Source: an uncultured Planctomycetia bacterium (GTDB taxonomy: Bacteria > Omnitrophota > Gorgyraeia > Duberdicusellales > 4484-171). From it: a stretch of 32,000 bases of DNA. Location of the stretch: positions 1 through 32,000 of the forward strand of contig CAZHYN010000017.1 of NCBI GenBank assembly GCA_964536865.1, given 5' to 3'. The notes under the pieces are model-generated. The model was not told where the DNA came from, searched no databases, and was given only the letters and a program-made list of their open reading frames with translations. A program made the position numbers and the translations under genes. Shown here one piece after another: positions 11,455 through 20,337 of the stretch. Within the stretch, counting starts at the first letter, position 1. Every line of letters begins with the position of its first letter.

Positions 11455-12322
11455 TTATCTCTAGAGAGAAATCGAAGGAAGGAGGAGAATGAGTAATGCC
11501 TCCCACAGATATGAAATCCACTCCCAACCTAGCTATTTCCTTTACATTTTCTAGATTAACTCCTCCAGAAACTTCAATCTTTACCTGAGGGAAGAACTCA
11601 TTTCTAAACTCTACCGATTTTCTTATTGCTTTTAAATTAAAATTATCTAAAAGAATTATGTCCGGCCTAATAAAAACTATCTTTTTAAACTCCTCAAAAC
11701 TCTCTACCTCTATCTCTATCTTATGATTAGTCTTACTTCTTATAAGAGAAAATACCTGTTTCAATCTCTCTGTATTCACTTTCCTCTTATGCAATATTTT
11801 AGAAGCCCTAAGATGATTATCCTTTATAAGAATCCCATCCCATAGTCCCTGGCGATGATTGAAGCCACCACCTATCCTTACTGCATACTTCTCCAATGCT
11901 CTCAGAGTAGGCGTAGTTTTCCTGGTATCCATTATTTTAACCTTCGTGCCACTTACTCTATTAACAAACTTCCTAGTATAAGTAGCTATCCCAGAAAGAA
12001 GAGATAAAAAATTTAAAGCAGTCCTTTCTGCAGTAAGAATACTGGCAGCTTTGCCTATAATTTGGGCTACTCTATCCCCTCTGATTAGAAGATCTCCATC
12101 ATTTTTAAAATTCCTAAACTTTAAAGAGAGATCTAGAATTTTAAATACCTTTTTAGCAATCTCTACCCCACAGAGAATACCTTTATCTTTAGCTAAAATT
12201 AATGCTTTAGTCTTTTTGGAGGAAGATATGCACAGAGAAGTAGTCAAATCTCCCCTTCCAATGTCTTCCTTAAGGGCTCTCTTTATCAGTTTTTCTGCTA
12301 ATTTTTTCTCTTCTCTAGTCAT
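11447..12322 (-). CDS. nadC: Nicotinate-nucleotide diphosphorylase (quinolinate phosphoribosyltransferase)
   Basis: 291-aa ORF with [40 protein letters not shown] and SGG, typical type II QPRTase motifs. Confidence 0.92.
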   Translation of the reverse strand: MTREEKKLAEKLIKRALKEDIGRGDLTTSLCISSSKKTKALILAKDKGILCGVEIAKKVFKILDLSLKFRNFKNDGDLLIRGDRVAQIIGKAASILTAERTALNFLSLLSGIATYTRKFVNRVSGTKVKIMDTRKTTPTLRALEKYAVRIGGGFNHRQGLWDGILIKDNHLRASKILHKRKVNTERLKQVFSLIRSKTNHKIEIEVESFEEFKKIVFIRPDIILLDNFNLKAIRKSVEFRNEFFPQVKIEVSGGVNLENVKEIARLGVDFISVGGITHSPPSFDFSLEINE

Positions 12323-14985
12323 GCAAAAATATCCTTAAGATACTTTAGACGTTGCAGATGGTTAGATAGATCAGTAAACTTCTCTCTTTGTTCTTTCACC
12401 TTATCTTGAGGAGCATTCTTTATAAAGTTAATATCTTCTAATCTCTTCGATATATTCTTAACATGAACTTCCAGATCATTTATCTTTTTATTTAACCTGG
12501 TCACAAACTTCTCTCTGTCAAATGAACTTAAAGATAGATTAAATTCTAAATTTTTATTCTTAAAAAGAACCCTTTCTAAATTATCCTTAAGCTCTAATTC
12601 TTTTAAATTAGCTAATCGCATAACCCATTTTTTGCTCAGGGAAACAAAATCTTTACATCTCTTACTTACCTTCATTGTAACTATTAATTTTTCTGAAAAA
12701 GGTATACCCAAATCAGCTTTTAGATTTCTTATCTCTCTTATCATTCTAACTGCCGACTTCATAATTTCTAGTTCCTCATCTTTTAATACTAACTCTACCT
12801 TATTTGGCCAACTTGCTACCATAATACTTTCCTCTAGGTCTAACTCTGTCATTGATCTTATAAGTTGAAAAATATGTTCACTTATAAAAGGCATTACAGG
12901 ATGGATTAACTTGAGAAAATAAATAAGACAAAATATCAACATCTTTGCTTTATGGAGATTAAAATTATCCTTAGAGATTTCTATATACCAGTCACAGAAA
13001 ATATGCCAAAAAAACTCGTACATTTTTTTGACAGCCTCGTTTATTTTATAAATCTCCAAATATTTAGTTACTTCCTCTACAGTTTGATTAAGGTGGTAAA
13101 TTATCCACTTATCAACTAAATCCAGATTATCTTTTATCTCTAAATCCCTAATAGCAATATTCTCTTCTTTTATTCTAGTAAGGATAAATCTTGATGCATT
13201 CCATATTTTATTAGAAAAATTTCTACCTACCAAAAATTTTTCATCAGAAAGGTAAACATCTGCTCCTGTACTTGCTAACATCATCAGAGAAAATCTTAAG
13301 CTATCTGCACCAAACTTCTCAATTATCTCTAAAGGATCAATAATGTTGCCTAAGGATTTAGACATCTTAAGCCCCTTCTCATCTCTCACTGTACCATGAA
13401 TAATTACGTTCTCGAAAGGTATTTCTTTTGCAAACTCCAAAGAAGCCATAATCATTCTCGCTACCCAGAAGAAGAGAATTTCTGAAGCAGTCACTAAACA
13501 CGAGGTAGGGTAGAAGTAATCTAATTCGGGTGTCTGCTTTGGCCAATAGAATACAGCAAACGGCCATAACCAACTAGAAAACCATGTATCTAATACATCT
13601 TCATCCTGAACTAAATCTTTGGAACCACACACCGGACACTCAAGAGGTCTTGTTTTAGAAACGATTATCCCTTGGTTATCAGAAGAGGTATCTTCGCTTA
13701 AATTGTTTTGACACCTTTTACAATAATATACAGGCAGGCGATGCCCCCACCAGATCTGACGAGAAATACACCAATCCTGAATATTGTACATCCAGTTGAG
13801 ATATACCTTCTTCCATCGAGAGGGGTAAAATTTTATTTTATCTTCCTCTACTACTTTAATTGCTGGCTCAGCTAATGACTTCATCCTCACAAACCACTGA
13901 GTAGAGAGTCTAGGTTCGATTAAAGTACCACAGCGATAGCAGTGACCCGCGCTTATCTTATGAGGTTCCTCTCTATCAAACAATCTCTCATCTTTCAAAG
14001 TCTGTAAAATATTCTTGCGGGCTTCGAATCTATCCATCCCAGAGAATTCTTTTGCATTCTCATTCAAAGTAGCATCTTCATTCATTATATTTACAAACTC
14101 TAAATTATACTTTTTGGCTAGATTAAAGTCTAAAGGATCGTGAGCAGGAGTAACTTTAACTAAACCGGTACCAAAGTCGGGATCTACCGCCTCGTCCTCA
14201 ATAACTCTAAGTTCCCTCCCTATTATAGGAAGGATAACTTTTGCATCTTTAAGCCATTTATATCTGGTATCTTTAGGATTGAAAGCCAAAGCAGTATCCC
14301 CCAACATCGTCTCTGGTCTAGTTGTAGCTACTACTACATACTCTTGTGTTATTTTTGAAGGGCTTTTTTTTACCGGATACTTTATATAATAAAGCCGCCC
14401 ATCTATCTCCTTGTAAGGAGCTTCCTCATCACTCAGGGCGGTTTTACACCTTGGACACCAATTAATGATATATTTACCCCGGTATATTAAGCCCTTTTTG
14501 TAAAGTCTTACGAATACTTCCTTAACTACTTCAGAATACTCTTGATCCATAGTAAAACGGGTGCGTGTCCAATCACAACTTGCTCCTAACTTTTTTAGCT
14601 GTTCGATGATAGTTGAACCATACTTATGAGTCCACTCCCATAGAAGTTTTAAAAACTCCTCCCTACCAATATCTTCTTTTTTTAACCCTTTGTTAGATAA
14701 ACTTCTTTCCACTACATTCTGGGTAGCAATCCCTGCATGATCAGTCCCTGGCATCCATAAACTTGCGTATCCTTGCATCCGCTTAAACCTTATCAAAACA
14801 TCTTGGATAGTATTATTTAACGCATGACCCATATGTAAAATCCCTGTTATATTGGGAGGAGGAATAACTATACAGAAAGGCTTTTTGCTAGGATTGGGAT
14901 AAGAAGAAAAGTAATCCTCCCTCATCCAGAAGTTGTAGATATTCTCTTCTACTTGCTTAGGATTATACTTTTTCTCTAATTTCAT
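12319..14985 (-). CDS. valS: Valine--tRNA ligase
   Basis: 888-aa ORF with PPPNITGILHMGHALN (HIGH region), KMSKSLGN, a CP1 editing region, and a C-terminal coiled coil. Confidence 0.99.
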   Translation of the reverse strand: MKLEKKYNPKQVEENIYNFWMREDYFSSYPNPSKKPFCIVIPPPNITGILHMGHALNNTIQDVLIRFKRMQGYASLWMPGTDHAGIATQNVVERSLSNKGLKKEDIGREEFLKLLWEWTHKYGSTIIEQLKKLGASCDWTRTRFTMDQEYSEVVKEVFVRLYKKGLIYRGKYIINWCPRCKTALSDEEAPYKEIDGRLYYIKYPVKKSPSKITQEYVVVATTRPETMLGDTALAFNPKDTRYKWLKDAKVILPIIGRELRVIEDEAVDPDFGTGLVKVTPAHDPLDFNLAKKYNLEFVNIMNEDATLNENAKEFSGMDRFEARKNILQTLKDERLFDREEPHKISAGHCYRCGTLIEPRLSTQWFVRMKSLAEPAIKVVEEDKIKFYPSRWKKVYLNWMYNIQDWCISRQIWWGHRLPVYYCKRCQNNLSEDTSSDNQGIIVSKTRPLECPVCGSKDLVQDEDVLDTWFSSWLWPFAVFYWPKQTPELDYFYPTSCLVTASEILFFWVARMIMASLEFAKEIPFENVIIHGTVRDEKGLKMSKSLGNIIDPLEIIEKFGADSLRFSLMMLASTGADVYLSDEKFLVGRNFSNKIWNASRFILTRIKEENIAIRDLEIKDNLDLVDKWIIYHLNQTVEEVTKYLEIYKINEAVKKMYEFFWHIFCDWYIEISKDNFNLHKAKMLIFCLIYFLKLIHPVMPFISEHIFQLIRSMTELDLEESIMVASWPNKVELVLKDEELEIMKSAVRMIREIRNLKADLGIPFSEKLIVTMKVSKRCKDFVSLSKKWVMRLANLKELELKDNLERVLFKNKNLEFNLSLSSFDREKFVTRLNKKINDLEVHVKNISKRLEDINFIKNAPQDKVKEQREKFTDLSNHLQRLKYLKDIFA

Positions 14986-15056
14986 GTCTATTTAATTTAC
15001 CTTAGGCAATTTTTTCTGTCAAGGACTATTGGGAAAGTAAAAGAAAATAAACTAGT

Positions 15057-15608
15057 TTATAAGCCTACTCTGTACACAGAGATGAATTCAGGAGGTAAGT
15101 AGTCTGCCAATATAACATCGCCTCCCTCATAAAACTTTATTCCTTTTTTATAGGCACGCTTAGCTTCTATTTTCAATACCACAACAAAATAGCCTTTTCT
15201 TTTCCCTACTCTTACAGCCTCTTCTAAACTCTTACTTAAATGAACTTTCTTTCTCCTCATCGGTTTTAATCCTTCCTTTAAAATCGACCTCAAGAAAGTT
15301 ACATTTGTACCATGGTAAAGGATTTGAGAGGGGATAATCGCAGGATAGGTGATTTCAACTTCTATACTGTGGCCGTATAAGGCTCTTATTTTATTTCCTT
15401 TTATCTGGAACCTCTTTTTAGAAGATTTCTCTACTAAATTTACTATAAACTCCCTATCAGCAAGAGGGAACTTCTTTCTTACTACACTAACTACCTTATT
15501 TAAATCTGCATATCCATATTTATCTATTGCTATCCCATATCTAGAGGGATTGTGCCTTAAAAGATAACTCATAAATTTTGACACTTGCTTAAGCCTCTTA
15601 TATACCAA
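15057..15608 (-). CDS. kptA: RNA 2'-phosphotransferase, Tpt1/KptA family
   Basis: 183-aa ORF with SKFMSYLLRHNP, IRALYGHSI, LYHGT and KVHLS, which matches the Tpt1/KptA Arg-His-Arg-Arg catalytic signature context. Confidence 0.85.
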   Translation of the reverse strand: MVYKRLKQVSKFMSYLLRHNPSRYGIAIDKYGYADLNKVVSVVRKKFPLADREFIVNLVEKSSKKRFQIKGNKIRALYGHSIEVEITYPAIIPSQILYHGTNVTFLRSILKEGLKPMRRKKVHLSKSLEEAVRVGKRKGYFVVVLKIEAKRAYKKGIKFYEGGDVILADYLPPEFISVYRVGL

Positions 15609-15613
15609 TTACC

Positions 15614-16009
15614 TTATACTAAAACTCTTTTAGGACGTCTCCCATCAAATTCTCCGTAGAAAATCTGCTCCCATGAGCCAAAATCTAACTTACCCTTTGT
15701 TATTGCCACAGTTACCTCTCTACCCATCACTGTCCTCTGAAGATGAGCACGAGCGTTATCTTCGCCAGTTAAATTATGAAAGTAATCCTTCTGAGGAACT
15801 ATTTTATCTAACCAACCTCTAAAATCTCTCTTCAAACCTTCTTCTTCATCATTTATAAATACACTAGAGGTAATGTACATTGAACTTACTAAACATAATC
15901 CTTCTTTAATCTCACTTTTTTCTACAATACTCTCTACTACTTTAGTAATATTTATGAACTCAACTTCGTTTCTAGTGTTGAATGTTAAATATTCCGTATA
16001 AACTTTCAT
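15614..16009 (-). CDS. YjbQ/UPF0047 family protein (secondary thiamine-phosphate synthase-like)
   Basis: 131-aa ORF with [53 protein letters not shown]. Confidence 0.85.
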   Translation of the reverse strand: MKVYTEYLTFNTRNEVEFINITKVVESIVEKSEIKEGLCLVSSMYITSSVFINDEEEGLKRDFRGWLDKIVPQKDYFHNLTGEDNARAHLQRTVMGREVTVAITKGKLDFGSWEQIFYGEFDGRRPKRVLV

Positions 16010-16767
16010 TAGGCTACCACATAATTCTTTAAAGTACCTATACCTTCAACCTTCACTTCTATTGTATCTCCTACTTCCATTGGACCTACCTTAGGAGGGG
16101 TCCCGGTAGAGATAACGTCCCCTTCTCTAAGGCTCATTATTCTGGAAATAAAAGAAAGCAAATGGAAAGGAGAAAAGATCAAATTCGCTGTAGTTGAATT
16201 CTGTTTGATCTTCCCATTTAGGTAACTGCTTATACTTAAATTAGAAGGATCTAAATCTGTCTCAACCCATGGTCCTAAAGGACAGAAAGTATCAAAAGAT
16301 TTTGCTCTCGTCCACTGAACATCTTTTTGTTGAAGCTCTCTTGCCGTAACATCGTTTAGACAGGTATAACCTAAGATATAATCTCTAGCTTTATCCTGGG
16401 GTATATTCTTTCCAGCTTTTCTTATCACAAAAGCCAACTCTACCTCATAGTCTAACCTCCTAACTCCAGGAGGATAAATTATATTTGCCTCATTTCCTAC
16501 TAACGATGAAGGAGGTTTTAAAAATATTATAGGTTCCTTAGGAATTTTCATTTTAAGCTCTTTAGCATGATCTCTATAATTTAAACCAACTAAAATAATC
16601 TTAGTAGGCTGTGCAGGAGCCAAAAATTTCTTTATTATCTTGGAAGGTAAATTTATACCTGCTAATCTAATTCTATAAAAAGGCGGCTCTCTCAATAATC
16701 TAATCTCTTCCTCTTCGAGGATACCCCACCTTACCTTTCTTCGATGAAGAAATCTTACCAAACGCAT
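16009..16767 (-). CDS. Fumarylacetoacetate hydrolase (FAH) family protein
   Basis: 252-aa ORF with [41 protein letters not shown]. Confidence 0.88.
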   Translation of the reverse strand: MRLVRFLHRRKVRWGILEEEEIRLLREPPFYRIRLAGINLPSKIIKKFLAPAQPTKIILVGLNYRDHAKELKMKIPKEPIIFLKPPSSLVGNEANIIYPPGVRRLDYEVELAFVIRKAGKNIPQDKARDYILGYTCLNDVTARELQQKDVQWTRAKSFDTFCPLGPWVETDLDPSNLSISSYLNGKIKQNSTTANLIFSPFHLLSFISRIMSLREGDVISTGTPPKVGPMEVGDTIEVKVEGIGTLKNYVVA

Positions 16768-17308
16768 TTACTTTTAGTTATCCTCTTTAATTTTTCCTTA
16801 CACGTTTTACAAAAATTAGTAGACTTCTTGTCAGTATCTACCAGACTATTAGAAAAATACATAACGCCTCGAGGGTTAGAACAGTGACTTAGGCCAAAAC
16901 AGTACCCCAGCTCCTGATTTACCTCTTTAAGAATCCTTAAGTAAAAAGATCTTTATTAGGCTCTAACCCATAAAACTCATTTTTAAGACGTGGCAATGCA
17001 ACTACTGCTTTAGAAGAGGTTGCAATACCAAAGATAAAATTTAATCCATTAGAATAAAGATCTCTCTATAAGCCCTAACGTCTTAACACATTTAAAATAG
17101 GGTTATTTAAGAATACATTCTCCTAAAAACTGGCTTCTCTCAGAATTAAAACATTCTTCGGGTATTTCTATCTTTTTTATAATATCTATCTTTGAGGTAA
17201 AAAGCATCTCTTGTTTTATACCCCCCTATAGCAACGAGATTAATTCTAAAGCTTTGTACCCATGCGAAATAACTCACTACTATCAGAAGAATGAAAACGA
17301 TAAAACAT
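16755..17308 (-). pseudogene. Degraded archaemetzincin-like (peptidase M54 family) gene
   Basis: This 554-nt gap has no ORF of 60 aa or more. Minus-strand fragments in different frames read RINLVAIGG…, …ERSQFLGECILK*, …[41 protein letters not shown], and …[52 protein letters not shown]…*. The last block matches the archaemetzincin HExxHxxGxxHC…C.M…C..C layout, but with HELGH replaced by QELGY (16902-16916). ATG 17308 lies 3 nt after the aroA stop, and the 3' end overlaps the FAH start. Confidence 0.7.
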
Positions 17309-17311
17309 ACT

Positions 17312-18619
17312 TTACCTATAAAGAGAGTTTATAATAAAGGTGAACTCGGGGAAAGACTTATCTATACAGGTTACATCATCAAGATAAAAGCTCTCCTGAG
17401 AAGCCATACCAAATATCACTAAACTCATTGCTGTGCGATGGTCGGAAAAACTTCTAAATTTTACTGAATTTGTTTTCCTTTTACCTCCAACTTCTACCTT
17501 CCAGTTCTTTTTCTTATAAGGTGTAGCTTTAATATCTACCCCTGCCTTTTTTAAATTGTAAACCATGGAGCTTAACCTATCCGTCTCTTTTACTTTTAAT
17601 TCCCTTAATCCCTTAATAATAGTTTTGCCCTTAGCAAAAGAGGCGCAGACCATAAGAATAGGAAGTTCGTCAATCATTAGAGGGATTTCTTTCTCCTCTA
17701 CCTCTACTCCTTTAAGCTGAGATGATTTTACTAAAACATCTCCATAAGGCTCGAAGTAATTCTTTCTGTTGAAGATCTTGATATTCGCTCCCATTCTCTT
17801 TAAAACATCCAAAAAACCAACTCTAGTATGATTTAGACCAACGTTTCTAATCAAAATTTCTGAATCCTTAAGGAGTAAACCTAAAGCAATAAAAAAGGAT
17901 GCAGAAGATATATCTGAAGGAATAAATATCTTACCAGGGGAGACCAGCTTAGATTTTTCAATAGTAATACTATTTGAGACTTTTTTTAGCTTCGCTCCAA
18001 ATAATTTAAGCATCCTTTCTGTATGATCTCTCGAACATTGAGGCTCCACTATCTTTGTCCTTCCTCTACAGAATAGAGAAGCAAATATAATGGCGGATTT
18101 TACTTGGGCACTGGCCTGAGGCAACTTATATTCTATTCCAGAAAGGAAATCTGTAGAATCTATTTCTAAAGGAGGATACTCCTCTTTACCTTCAGTCTTA
18201 CCCTTTATCTTGCCACCCATTAACCTTAGAGGATACGTTATCCTCATCATTGGTCTTTTTCTTAAAGAACCTTTAGCGTCTAATAAGGAAGAAAATCTCT
18301 GAGCTACAAGAATCCCACTTAATAATCTGATAGTTGTCCCTGACTCATAAGCATTTAGCTTAACTCTCTTAGAAATCTTAAACAGAGGACCTCGAGAGTT
18401 AACTTCTACCTGGCTTCTTCCTTTAATGTATTTAATCTCTACATTCAACTTTCTTAGACATTCCAAAGTAGCCAGAGTATCTTGACTATCCAAAAAGTTT
18501 ATAATTTTTGTTTTACCTCTGGCTAACGAACTTATTAAAAGTGCTCGATGAGAAATAGACTTATCACCGGGAATAGTTATTTCTTTTTTTACTCTATATA
18601 TAGGAATTATGGCGTACAT
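17312..18619 (-). CDS. aroA: 3-phosphoshikimate 1-carboxyvinyltransferase (EPSP synthase)
   Basis: 435-aa ORF with PGDKSISHRALL, ESGTTIRLL, LRKRPM, ELKVKETDR and FSDHRTAM. Confidence 0.95.
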   Translation of the reverse strand: MYAIIPIYRVKKEITIPGDKSISHRALLISSLARGKTKIINFLDSQDTLATLECLRKLNVEIKYIKGRSQVEVNSRGPLFKISKRVKLNAYESGTTIRLLSGILVAQRFSSLLDAKGSLRKRPMMRITYPLRLMGGKIKGKTEGKEEYPPLEIDSTDFLSGIEYKLPQASAQVKSAIIFASLFCRGRTKIVEPQCSRDHTERMLKLFGAKLKKVSNSITIEKSKLVSPGKIFIPSDISSASFFIALGLLLKDSEILIRNVGLNHTRVGFLDVLKRMGANIKIFNRKNYFEPYGDVLVKSSQLKGVEVEEKEIPLMIDELPILMVCASFAKGKTIIKGLRELKVKETDRLSSMVYNLKKAGVDIKATPYKKKNWKVEVGGKRKTNSVKFRSFSDHRTAMSLVIFGMASQESFYLDDVTCIDKSFPEFTFIINSLYR

Positions 18620-19503
18620 CTTTCTTTAAAGAAATTTAAAAACCTTTCAGGGAGAGAGGACTCGAATTCTAAAAACTTACCACTTCTAGGGTGGTAGAGA
18701 CCTAATTTTTTTGCATGCAATAGTAATTGGCTATACCCATCGTTTACTCCATACTTTTTATCTCCCACAATAGGATATCCTAAGAAGTTTAAATGAACTC
18801 TTATTTGGTGCATCCTTCCAGTAAAGGGACTTAAAGAAAGGAAGGTGGCATCTCTTAAATATCTTATCACCTTCAATAAGGTAAGAGCTTTTTTTGAATC
18901 TAAAAATCCTACTTTCATTTTAAAAGGATTTCTTCTATCTCTTGTTAAAGGTAAATCTATTCTTAATTCTTTTTGTTTTATTATCCCCCACACACAAGCA
19001 CAATACTCCTTTTTCACTAACCTCTCTTTAAACTGTCTCAGAAGATTTAAATGAGCAAAATCACTCTTTGCTAATACCATAACCCCTGAGGTTTCCTTAT
19101 CCAACCGGTGTACCACCCCTCTTCTTAAAAAATTAAGCGTAGAAAGTTCTTTCCCCATGTATATTAGAGCATTCACTAATGTCTTTTGATAATTTAAGTT
19201 AGGAGGATGTACAACTAAATTAGTCGGCTTATCTACTATAATAATATCCTCGTCTTCATAAATAATTTTAACATTTAGCTTGAATGGGTCTAATTTTTTT
19301 TGCTGTTCACAGTAATCTAGAAGGATTCTATCGTTAGGTTTTAAAATGTAACTAACTTTAACTTTTTTCCCATTAACTAAGACTTTACCTTCCTGGATGA
19401 GGGATTTTATTTTACTCCGAGAGAGATTGAGTAAATTATCTGCTAAAAATTTATCAAGTCTTAAATTATCTACTCTCTGAGATACTATTAACTTTTTTTG
19501 CAT
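18607..19503 (-). CDS. rluD: RluA-family 23S rRNA pseudouridine synthase (RluD-like)
   Basis: 298-aa ORF with an N-terminal S4 domain (RLDKFLADNL…SRSKIKSLI), catalytic HRLDKETSGV, and RMHQIRVHL. Confidence 0.9.
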   Translation of the reverse strand: MQKKLIVSQRVDNLRLDKFLADNLLNLSRSKIKSLIQEGKVLVNGKKVKVSYILKPNDRILLDYCEQQKKLDPFKLNVKIIYEDEDIIIVDKPTNLVVHPPNLNYQKTLVNALIYMGKELSTLNFLRRGVVHRLDKETSGVMVLAKSDFAHLNLLRQFKERLVKKEYCACVWGIIKQKELRIDLPLTRDRRNPFKMKVGFLDSKKALTLLKVIRYLRDATFLSLSPFTGRMHQIRVHLNFLGYPIVGDKKYGVNDGYSQLLLHAKKLGLYHPRSGKFLEFESSLPERFLNFFKERCTP

Positions 19504-19930
19504 ACTTTAATATGGAGGGAACTAAATATTATCAGAGCAACTCCTGTGCTTATGCATAGATCGGAGAAATTAAAAACCGGCCATATCCTTATATCTATGT
19601 AGTCTATCACGTAACCATATAAAATTCTATCAAGAAAATTAGAAAGTGCTCCACCTAAAATTAAACCATAGGCAAACTTTATTAGAAAAGTCTCCATCCT
19701 TTCTTTTCTTATAAATACTAAAAATAATACTATAAAGGCAAGACTAAGATAAACTAAAAGATTACCTTTATTAGGAAAAATACCAAAAACTGCACCCCTA
19801 TTAAAGACTATGGTAATATGTAAGATATTTTTTATTAAAGGAATGGAGGTATGACCTAAATTTTTAAAATAACTTTTTAGGAGAGAATCTAAAAGAAATA
19901 CGCAAAAAGAGACAACACATACTACCCCAT
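19488..19930 (-). CDS. lspA: Lipoprotein signal peptidase II (LspA), apparently disrupted at codons 2-3 or lacking a canonical start
   Basis: The track lists only the last 69 aa. The same frame is open upstream to 19955 and encodes …VVCVVSFCVFLLDSLLKSYFKNLGHTSIPLIKNILHITIVFNRGAVFGIFPNKGN…RKERMETF…YVIDYIDI…FNFSD…, a full-length LspA layout with both Asp motifs. There is no in-frame ATG, GTG or TTG upstream of 19697. ATG 19930 lies 5 nt after the dksA-like stop and is one base out of frame across a G4 tract (+ strand C4, 19925-19928). Confidence 0.75.
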
Positions 19931-19935
19931 TGGGA

Positions 19936-20337
19936 TTATACTCTTCCTTCCTTCTCTAACTTCTCTTGGCATTTTTTGCAGTAGCGAGTATAAGGAATTG
20001 CATTTAATCTCTTCTTGGCAATAGGTTTGTTGCAATATAAACATATTCCAAATTTGTTCTCTTCTATTCTCTTTAAAGCCTCATCTATTTCCATAAGAAG
20101 TTTCCTTTCATTGGAAACTAAACCTAAATTAAATTCTCTCTCATAATTATCACTGGCTACATCAGCCATGTGGATGCTATATCCGGAGATATCTCCCGAA
20201 ATATCCTTTTGAGACTTCATCAGAGTATCTTGGGATAAATCCCTCATTTGAGAAAATATCTCATCGCGTAAACTAAAAAGTTTTTCCTGATAAGCTTTCA
20301 ATTCTTTTTTTGTAAACTTTTGTTTTCTTGCTTTCAT
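19936..20337 (-). CDS. DksA/TraR-family C4-type zinc-finger protein
   Basis: C-terminal CLYCNKPI…RYCKKCQ (CxxC-N17-CxxC) preceded by a coiled-coil region. I prefer start ATG 20337 (MKARKQ…) because AGGAGG lies 7 nt upstream and the ATG overlaps the ileS TGA (ATGA). Confidence 0.85.
   Translation of the reverse strand: MKARKQKFTKKELKAYQEKLFSLRDEIFSQMRDLSQDTLMKSQKDISGDISGYSIHMADVASDNYEREFNLGLVSNERKLLMEIDEALKRIEENKFGICLYCNKPIAKKRLNAIPYTRYCKKCQEKLEKEGRV

Noticed and set aside
14986-15056. T-box or other leader riboswitch upstream of valS, and likewise upstream of ileS at 23094-23102.
   Set aside because: The spacers are only 71 nt and 9 nt. These are far too short for a T-box leader, and no specifier or T-box sequence is visible.
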